Source: Octopus bimaculoides (lineage: Eukaryota). Taken from it: DNA of 40,002 bases. Below the pieces are notes generated by a model that saw nothing but the letters and a program-made list of their open reading frames with translations, was not told the origin of the DNA and did not search any database. A program made the translations under genes and the position numbers. Position 1 is the first letter of the stretch. Each line of letters begins with the position of its first letter. The stretch is from contig NC_069005.1 of NCBI RefSeq assembly GCF_001194135.2, positions 7,863,434 through 7,903,435 of the forward strand, given 5' to 3'. Shown one piece after another: positions 1-10,000 of this stretch.

Positions 1-1832
1 GTAAAGTCGACCTCGGCGGAATTTGAACTCGGAACATAACGGCAGACGAAATACTGTTAAGCATTTTGCCTGACGTGCTAACGGTTCTGCCAGCTCACTG
101 CCTTCTAATATTGCTAATATTACTTTATTGTAAGTTGGCGAGCTGGCAGAATCGTGAGCATGACGGGCAAAATGCTAAGTGGAATTTCGTCCTTTTTTAC
201 GTTTTGAGTTCAAATTCCAACGAGGTCAACTTTGCTTTGCATCCTTTTGGGGCGGTGGGGGTGGGGGTGTCAATAAAATAAGTACCAGTTGAATACTGGG
301 GTCGATCTAATTGATTTATCCCTTCCCCTGAAATTTCTGGGTTTGTGCTAAAATCTTAAACCAATATTACTTTATCGTGGGGCGGGTAGCTGGCAGAATC
401 ATTAGCACACCAAGCAAAATGCTTAGTGGCATTTCATCCGTCTTCACAGTCTGAGTTCAAATTCTGCCATGGTTGACTTTGCCTTTCATCCTTTTGGGGT
501 TGATAAAATAAGTACCAGCTGAACACTAGGGTCGACATAATTGACTTACCTCTCCTCCGAAATTGCTAACCTTATGCCACAATTTGAAATCAATATTACT
601 TTATTGCATAACTGCTATTATTTAATACAATACTGCTGTGTGTGATAACAAACTGCTGTATCTGTGATATCACACTGCTATAATTATACACTATCATACT
701 GATGTATGTGTGTGTGATATTATACTGAGCTATATCACATTGCTCTATGTTATATTGTTGTAACTTCATATTATCATTCTGCAGTAACCATGTGATATAA
801 CTGTGTCTCATACTGCTGAAAATGCATTCAAGCCATTGCTGTAACTGTGATATTATATTACAATTCCTGTGTAATGTGGAGGCACATGGCTCAGTGGTTT
901 GGGTGTTGAACTCATGGTTGTAAGATTGTTCATAAGATTGTGGTTTCAATTTCTGGACCATGCCATGCGTTGTGTTCTTGAGCAAAATACCATTTTACAT
1001 TGCTCCAGTCCACTCAGTTGGTAAAATTGAGTAATCCTGCGACAGACCAGCATCCCATCTAGGGAGGAATATACATGCTAGAGAAACCAAGTAACCAGCC
1101 ATTTGTTCCTTACAGAATAATTCGGACTGGTCGTACCTGTGTGATATACTGCTGTAACTATGATATTACACTAGACCTTGTGATATTATACTGCTGCAAC
1201 ACTTTGATATAAAATATCAACATGGCACAGACACCATTGTGCTGCTACAGCTTTAATAACTCACCCACAAAATGTCAAAATATTCCCAAAACTTTGTGTA
1301 AAATGCTTGAATCAGTCAGTTTGTAGACAGTTTTTCTGTCTAGCGCCATGTGGAATTTAGGGATAATTACCAAATTTGTATTTTTATTGTTGTTGCTTCT
1401 ACTGCTATCATATACAGACTGTTGATGGCACATAAACCTTGCTCAGCATTTTATATTGGTGCATCCAGTATCAAATACTAAATCTGATTGGTTTAACATT
1501 TAGACCAATAAAATAACTTTGCCAACATTAACCCTTTTGTTACCATATTTGTTGAAATATATGCTTTTGTTTCAATTGATTGTGAAAATAATAAAGAATT
1601 TTGTAAAAAAAACTTTGTCATTATTAACCCTCTTGTTACTGTGTTTCCGTTGAAATACTCTGTCTTTCTTTCAATTAATGAAGAATTTTGTAAAATAACT
1701 TTATCATTATTGTTAAAGATAGTGTTAAGGGAACGAGCTGGCAGAATCGTTAGCACACCAGCTAAAATGATCACTGCAATTTCATTTGTCTTTATATTCT
1801 GAGTTCAAATTCTGCTGAGGTCAACTTTGCTA

Positions 1833-2220
1833 GGAGTGGCTGTGTGGTAAATAGCTTGCTTACCAACCACATGGTTCCGGGTTCAGTCCCACTGCGTGGC
1901 ACTTTGGGCAAGTGTCTTCTACTATAGCCTCGGGCCAACCAAAGCCTTGTGAGTGGATTTGGTAGACGGAAACTGAAAGAAGCCCGTCGTATATATGTAT
2001 GTGTGTTTGTGTGTCTGTATTTGTCCCCCCCACCATCGCTTGACAACCGATGCTGGTGTGTTTACGTCCCCGTAACTTAGCGGTTCAGCAAAAAGAGACC
2101 GATAGAATAAGTACTAGGCTTACAAAGAATAAGTCCTGGGGTCGATTTCCTCGACTGAAGGTGGTGCTCCAGCATGGCCGCAGTCAAATGACTGAAACAA
2201 GTAAAAGAATAAAGAGTAAG
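1833..2220 (+). mobile_element. Octopus-type tRNA-headed composite SINE, family B (ggagtggctgtgtggtaag...)
   Basis: Closely similar copies at 11275-11671 (+), 25937-26280 (+), 28625-29072 (-), 37380-37575 (+, partial), 39525-39885 (-) and 14565-14720 (partial); each has an internal (TA/TG)n tract. Confidence 0.9.
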
Positions 2221-3780
2221 AGTATATATATAAATGCATACACACGCACATAATTATCAGCCTGCTGTTCTGCTTTTGGTCTTTCCACTTATCTTGGAGT
2301 CAATGATGCTATTCTGCCTCCCTTTCCCCAGCCAGTTTTGGGGGCCTTAAAAAAGAGCCATGCATACTAGACTTTCTCTTCTGCCTTCATCACAAAAAAG
2401 CAACAACTCATCTAAGTTTTTACAAGTATTTATTAATTTAACAATGTGGTTAGGAATAATATGTTTAGATTAATGTTCCCCCATCATCAAGTATGTCAAC
2501 AGTTTCAAAAGCTATAAATGAATAATAACTTTGTAACTGTATTTAAGAACTCTTGTAAACAAAACAGTGGTAAAAAGATAACTGGAGTGGAAATGTAGTG
2601 GAGATTGAGTTGGAAGAACTAAAGGGTTGTCAGTGGTTAGATAAGACCTAAACAAAACAAAAAAGATGATTATCTAATAACTACTTTTGTTTTTTTAACC
2701 CCAGGTCAACCTGTCTTTTTAAATAAAATTTATCTCAAACTACATTACATTGCATTTAACCGTTTTGTTACCATGTTTATGGTGAAATATACTGCCTTTC
2801 ATCATCATCATCATCATCGTTTAACGTCCGCTTTCCATGGTAGCATGGGTTGGACGACTTGACTGAGGACTGGTGAACCAGGCTCCAATCTGATTTGGCA
2901 GAGTTTCTACAGCTGGATGCCCTTCCTAACACCAACCACTCCAAGAGTGTAGTATATATATGTATATGTATATATATATATGTATATATATATGTATATA
3001 TATACATACATATATGTATATATATATATATANNNNNNNNNNNNNNNNNNNNNNNNNNNNNNNNNNNNNNNNNNNNNNNNNNNNNNNNNNNNNNNNNNNN
3101 NNNNNNNNNNNNNNNNNNNNNNNNNNNNNNNNNNNNNNNNNNNNNNNNNNNNNNNNNNNNNNNNNNNNNNNNNNNNNNNNNNNNNNNNNNNNNNNNNNNN
3201 NNNNNNNNNNNNNNNNNNNNNNNNNNNNNNNNNNNNNNNNNNNNNNNNNNNNNNNNNNNNNNNNNNNNNNNNNNNNNNNNNNNNNNNNNNNNNNNNNNNN
3301 NNNNNNNNNNNNNNNNNNNNNNNNNNNNNNNNNNNNNNNNNNNNNNNNNNNNNNNNNNNNNNNNNNNNNNNNNNNNNNNNNGTGGTGGGGTAGATAGATA
3401 GATATAAATATTATTTAAAATAGTTTGATTTGGCTCCATGTATTTAAACTGCCTTTGTTTCAATTAAATTTGAAAGTAATGAAGAATTTATTAAATTAAC
3501 TTCGTTATTATTAAACTGGAGTCTGGAATACAAATTAACATGAAATTTTGATGGAGGTTTTAATTTAGACCATTTTAAAACAGTGAATTTGTATCAGAGT
3601 ACCAAGGGTGGTTTCAGGCAGGATGGTATCAAAAAGGGTTAACATGTCACTTCCTTTTTCATTTTTTTTTGACAATAGGAATGTATTATTTGAAAGAGAT
3701 TTAAATGCTTTTTCAAGCAAGCTGAGTAACAACATAGAAGCTATTTCATTAACTTGTAATGCTTCTGTCATACAAAGTTG

Positions 3781-4031
3781 TCACTTTTGTATTGAATCCA
3801 TGTCAGAATTAGTTGGCTGTTTAGGTTTTGAAATATCTTGGACTTGTTCGGTTTTGTAACTTGCATTAGAGACATCATTCCGGGGCTCAACATCACTTGT
3901 TACTAAGATGTCTTTCGCAATACATTCATTCATCAATCCACTGGCATATAGTCTTCTTTCTTTTGCTTCATCAGCTTCCTGCCACATTTGCAGCGGGGAG
4001 GAATGAATCTCAGAACTCAATTCTTCATTAC
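3781..4031 (-). CDS. DIABLO: DIABLO-like terminal coding exon 5
   Basis: Acceptor ttcttttatattttcaaag|. Phase-1 continuation (G)NEELSSEIHSSPLQMWQEADEAKERR...SIQK, with TGA at 3783-3781. Confidence 0.82.
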
Positions 4032-7000
4032 CTTTGAAAATATAAAAGAAAATTCAATTTAAATAGCTACCATTTGTTAAGGTTATCACTACAGATAAGC
4101 AATGAGTTCATGGACGGTTAATGGGTTGGATGGGTGGTGATTAAGGAGCAAAAACACCTGAAATATGTCATATACACCCATTTCTCATTTTTTATCTTTG
4201 ATCTCACCAGATATTGGTTTCAAATTTTGGCACAAGGCCAGTAAGTTTGGGGGAGGGAGTAAGTCAATTATATCAACCCCAGTGTTCATCTGGTACTTAT
4301 TTTATCGACCCCAAAGGATGAAAGGCAAAGCTAACCTCAGTAGAATTTGAACTCAGAATATAAAGAGCAACCAGATATTGGTTTCAAATTTTGGCACAAG
4401 GCCAGTAAGTTTGGGGGAAGGGATAAATCAATTATATCGACCAGAGTGTTCATCTGGTACTTATTTTATCGACCCCAAAGGATGAAAGGCAAAGCTAACC
4501 TCAGTAGAATTTGAATTGAATTTCATCCATAAAAATAGATGAAATGCCACGAAGCATTTTGCCCGATATGCTAACAATTCTGCCAGCTCACTGCCTTTAA
4601 CCAATTTGTCTTCCAACTCTGCCAGTCCCACATCTTAGTTTTGATACAACAACGAGCATATGACTGCACTAACCTGACATAAAGGCAACTTCCGCTAACT
4701 GCATGATTAGCCTGTCCATACTGCTTAAAACCATTTGTAATTTCTGAAGAAGATAAAGAAAGTTAGAGGAAAAATCACTTAAAATACCATATATTTACAA
4801 AGTGAGTGAATTTGGTAGAAGGAAGCGTGGGGGTTGTAAATGAACAGCATTGTCATACAATGACGGTGATGATATATATATATATTCACCACTTAAAAGT
4901 GCATATTGTGTTAGAACTCACAAATACTGTAATATTTACCAAGAGAGAAAAACTCTCATATTTCCTTACCTGGATTTTGTCTTTGCAATCATTTATTTCT
5001 GTTCGAGTGTCAATGATGAGACACCATAATCTTTCCCCTTCTTCATCAAGGCGGCCTACAAATTTCATATAGTCAGAGTAATAATTTATGAGTTTATAGA
5101 TGAGCTGCAAAAAAAAAAAAAATAAATGTATTATTAAATAAGAATGTTCGTGAAAGATCACAACGATTATGAATATAGAATGACATAAATTTTTAATAAT
5201 TCCGCCAAATTGACTTTGCCTTTCATCCTTTTGGGGTCAATAANNNNNNNNNNNNNNNNNNNNNNNNNNNNNNNNNNNNNNNNNNNNNNNNNNNNNNNNN
5301 NNNNNNNNNNNNNNNNNNNNNNNNNNNNNNNNNNNNNNNNNNNNNNNNNNNNNNNNNNNNNNNNNNNNNNNNNNNNNNNNNNNNNNNNNNNNNNNNNNNN
5401 NNNNNNNNNNNNNNNNNNNNNNNNNNNNNNNNNNNNNNNNNNNNNNNNNNNNNNNNNNNNNNNNNNNNNNNNNNNNNNNNNNNNNNNNNNNNNNNNNNNN
5501 NNNNNNNNNNNNNNNNNNNNNNNNNNNNNNNNNNNNNNNNNNNNNNNNNNNGCTTTGTTTATATTTCACAACTATGAAACAAAAACGTATGTAACAATTT
5601 GTCAGTCACCCCACCCCCAACCCGTTTTTCGGACCACAAAAAGGGTTTGGTAATTTTTCTCCTATGCAGATCTCTAATGCAACATTTAAAAAATGAGTCA
5701 ATAAGTGAAAATAACCAATAAACTGATTCCTTATGGGATTTCCCAATCAAATTGCCAGCAAACCATTTTCAGCCAAACCAATTTCAACGGATTTCGCTCA
5801 AATCTGATGTCGATGTTACTTATTTTGGTTTGAAATAAAGCACTTAATCATTTAATAATCCTAGCTTAATCCCTAGCAGCGCCGGGTTATACTGCTAGTT
5901 ATTATTAATATTAAATTTTACTTCTCAGAGTTCTTAATATTACTTGCTCTAGTTAATTCTGTGAGAGTGGACAGCAGCCTGTTGTCAAAGGTCTCATAGG
6001 GTCTCTGAAGGTCTTTGTCCACGAATCATAAGACTTAATATGTAGATGTTAAGATACTCAACACCGAGGTACCAATCCCAAAATCCTAGCTGCCGCAAAT
6101 AGAGCAGATTTTGGGCATGTTCTGCCCACATGTCAATTCCAGTTTCTTAGACATATTTCTTGAACTTGGTCCTTATAACTACTGGGATGACAGGCACTCT
6201 CTTTATTGCCCACATTCTTGCAAATTTCTTCCGTTAGTAACTTGTATTTTTCTACCTTTTCCAGCATTTAGTCACCTATGTGTGCATCCCTGGTTATAGC
6301 AATAATCTTTTTGTCACCTATTTGTGTGTGTCCCAATAGAGTAAATACTAGTTTAGTACTGGGATTGCAAGCATCATAGAATAAATACCAGGTTTACAAA
6401 AAATGTACTGGGGTTGGTTTCTTCAACTAAGCCCTTCAAAGTGAATGCACAGCATGAGCAGAGTCCTGTAACTGAGACAAATGAAAATATTAAAAAAAAA
6501 AACAGGAATGTAATAACTGTCAATGGAAGTCTAAGACAGGAAGGATAGTGTGTGAGAAGAGGTTAGGAATAGATAAAGAGAGGTAGGGAGGGAAAGAGAG
6601 AGAGAGAGAGAGAGAAAGAGAGACAGACAGATAAGAGAGAAAGGGAGAGACAGATGAGAAAAAAGAGAGAGACTGATGAAAGAGAGAAAGAGAGCAAAAA
6701 GAGAAAAGAAAGGTAGAGGGAGAGAGATAGACCAGTGAGAGAGAGAAAGAGAAAGAGGCAGATGAGAAAGAAAGAGAGCAAGAGAAGAATAAGGAGATAG
6801 ATAAGCAGAGGGAGGAAGGAAGGCAGAGAGAAAGGATTATGGGCGCTTACTTGTGTGCATTCATTTTCGGTTTTTACCAGGATACCAAGTGTGACTTCAT
6901 ATAGAGTTGTTGTAGCATCTTTGGTCTTCAAAAATTCATTATCAAAGTCTGGGATGCCGGATAAAGGGATCTATATGAATGAAAGAAAGAAAGAAAGAAA

Positions 7001-10000
7001 GAAGGAGAAAGAGAATAGGAAATTGTGAATTGTACTTCAAAGTATAGCAGGTGATATGAACACATACACTAAACATCAACAGAACACAAACTACTGGGTT
7101 GGCCAAAAAGCCTGTTTGGTTTTTATGATAATAAACTTGAAACATTCTAAAAAGTAGCTTAAAATTTAAGATGTTTATGTCAATGTTAGCCCTAATCCAG
7201 CAGACTTATGGTCAAAGAGGTTCCAGCAAAAACTATTTGATTTGCTTTTTGCTTTTGTTTTCAGAAATAGTATATCTGACTACATAATGCAGTGAATATG
7301 GTATTGATACGATCAGTTGCCATTTCTCTGTAGAAGTGTCCCACACTCCATGAGAGAAATTCGTTCGGGAAATGTAGGCATCTTCGATTATGGATTGGGG
7401 CAGTGCTACTCAAAGTGGTGGTCCGCGGACCGGTGCCGGTCAGCGAGCCATCAGCTACCGGTACGCGGCGAGTTTCCAGAAAAGAAAGAAACATTATAAA
7501 ATCCTTATGTAATATTGTATTATTTGTTAACAAAATAAATATAAGGTAAAAGATATTGTCAACTTTTATTATATTCATTATATATATTAGAAATAATACA
7601 TTTCTAAACCTCTCAGAGAGACTTAAGCAGTAGTGATGCGATAAAGTAGTTGTATACTGCCGGCTTAACGTGACAGTCTCAATAAGGGAATATACTACTG
7701 CTATTTAGCCCTAGGAAGCTGGACCGCTTCCTGTCGGCCTTGACACATTGGTCCAGCTTCCTAGGGCTAAATAGCAGTAGTATATTCCCTTATTGGGACT
7801 ATAAGTTAAGTTGGCAGTATACAACTACTTTATTATATATATTGTTTCCGGTATAAATTAATATTACTAAGAAATATTACCGGTTTGTGTCACATTGGAG
7901 TGGGGAGTGCCGGTACACCACATCATATAGTTTGAGAAGCACTGGATTAGAGAACGATAAGAAAACTGAACCCCCCTTCGACAACAGCTGAACCGCGTAT
8001 CGACGAGGGGAGGCTACTCTTCCTTCGATCTTAGAAAAGGGTTTGTTTCCTCCGCACCACCCTAAAGAAGTAGCAGAGAAGTCGGAAAGAAAAATAATTA
8101 TTTATCGAACGCTGAAAAAAGCGACAAGAAAAGTAGAAATAGCAGGCGTTGAAGAGATAGAGGAATGTTTAAAGGAAGTAACGACATTCTATTACAGAGG
8201 ACGAACGTTTGGCGCGGTGTAGGTGCGTTTCGTTAATGAGAACGAAGTAAAGAAGAAGTACTCCACCGTGGCCTTGAAATCGGCACAGTGGGCACTCTTA
8301 CCTACTTACTCTGACAGACGCACAGCCAGAGTAAGGATAGGGAGAGTGCCACCTGGAATTAACGAGGATTGGCTTGTGGCAGCCATCCTCTACAATACAG
8401 AGGAGAAAGCAGAGATNNNNNNNNNNNNNNNNNNNNNNNNNNNNNNNNNNNNNNNNNNNNNNNNNNNNNNNNNNNNNNNNNNNNNNNNNNNNNNNNNNNN
8501 NNNNNNNNNNNNNNNNNNNNNNNNNNNNNNNNNNNNNNNNNNNNNNNNNNNNNNNNNNNNNNNNNNNNNNNNNNNNNNNNNNNNNNNNNNNNNNNNNNNN
8601 NNNNNNNNNNNNNNNNNNNNNNNNNNNNNNNNNNNNNNNNNNNNNNNNNNNNNNNNNNNNNNNNNNNNNNNNNNNNNNNNNNNNNNNNNNNNNNNNNNNN
8701 NNNNNNNNNNNNNNNNNNNNNNNNNNNNNNNNNNNNNNNNNNNNNNNNNNNNNNNNNNNNNNNNNNNNNNNNNNNNNNNNNNNNNNNNNNNNNNNNNNNN
8801 NNNNNNNNNNNNNNNNNNNNNNNNNNNNNNNNNNNNNNNNNNNNNNNNNNNNNNNNNNNNNNNNNNNNNNNNNNNNNNNNNNNNNNNNNNNNNNNNNNNN
8901 NNNNNNNNNNNNNNNNNNNNNNNNNNNNNNNNNNNNNNNNNNNNNNNNNNNNNNNNNNNNNNNNNNNNNNNNNNNNNNNNNNNNNNNNNNNNNNNNNNNN
9001 NNNNNNNNNNNNNNNNNNNNNNNNNNNNNNNNNNNNNNNNNNNNNNNNNNNNNNNNNNNNNNNNNNNNNNNNNNNNNNNNNNNNNNNNNNNNNNNNNNNN
9101 NNNNNCCGAAATATATATATTTTTTAAAAATCACTGCAATAATAATAATAATGATAATAATAATAATAATAAATCATTCTTTTATTTACTACAGGGACGA
9201 CTAGCATTTGAGGAAGGATTTGTGGCGAGTAATCTGTAATTATAGGACTGAGATAATAGAGATTTCAAATTACCCGCCGGTAATTTGAATGGCGGGTAAT
9301 TTGAAATTGCTACATCGGTGTTACAGTCCCAAGGCTTTAAACACAGAATTTCTCCGTTGAAAGGTATTCAAGTTTTACAAGTACTGAGTTTTTTTGTTTT
9401 TAGAATGGATAAAGTTCTTTTTTATTCTCTTACATAAAGGGTACACATACTTGATTACATAAATAAAACACATCCAAAACCGAAGGATATACAAACATGA
9501 ACGAAGGTAGAAAGAGGAAGAAAACACATCATATCAACGAGTGTCCCAATCGATAATACATTACAAAGTTCAACGGAACGTACTGAAGCAAGACAACACG
9601 TTCGCAGCATTACCACGGGCGAGGCTAAGGCGTTGGAAAAGCCAAGCACCCTCACGAGTATCGTCTGACAGCTCGGTGAAGCGAGCCGTCAATGATAAGA
9701 ACTTCGTCGTTAGCGGCCCTGCCCGTCCAAACGTTTCAAAGGCCACAGGCTGGAAGAAATGGTTCACTGACAAGTCCTGATACTTAAGGATTTCGTTCTG
9801 TTAGACTACAGAAGCAGTGACCCTCCCATTTACCGCAGCATCCAGAATTTGGGAGAGAGCAAAAGAGACACTGACGTCCAGATGAGGGCGCCTACCTCTT
9901 ACCCAGGGACAAAAGGTAAGACCATCTGGTCTCTTCCCGTCACTTCTGGATAATCCCGCCGACTCTAGAACTGAGGGGATATTAATCCGAGCTAGGGCCC

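Noticed and set aside
878-960. tRNA-like sequences (also the heads of SINE families A, B and C)
   Set aside because: These are SINE heads continuing into SINE bodies, with no complete cloverleaf. No tRNA, rRNA or CRISPR features are supported in this eukaryotic window.
2777-3463. Long ORFs spanning X runs (also 5210-5653, 8223-9239, 13884-14669, 36762-37446)
   Set aside because: Artefacts of translating through N gaps and microsatellites.
3900-4020. Resemblance of EIHSSPLQMWQEADEAKERRLYASGLMNEC to SDHAF2 (PLPPWQE...RLLYESRKRG)
   Set aside because: The hallmark RKRG motif is absent, and the exon splices in frame to clearly Smac-like exons; treated as chance.
4970-5055. Internal acceptor tttgtag| at 5055
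   Set aside because: Phase-incompatible with exon 2. The upstream poly-T acceptor at 5104 is stronger and restores the Smac-like LIYKL segment.
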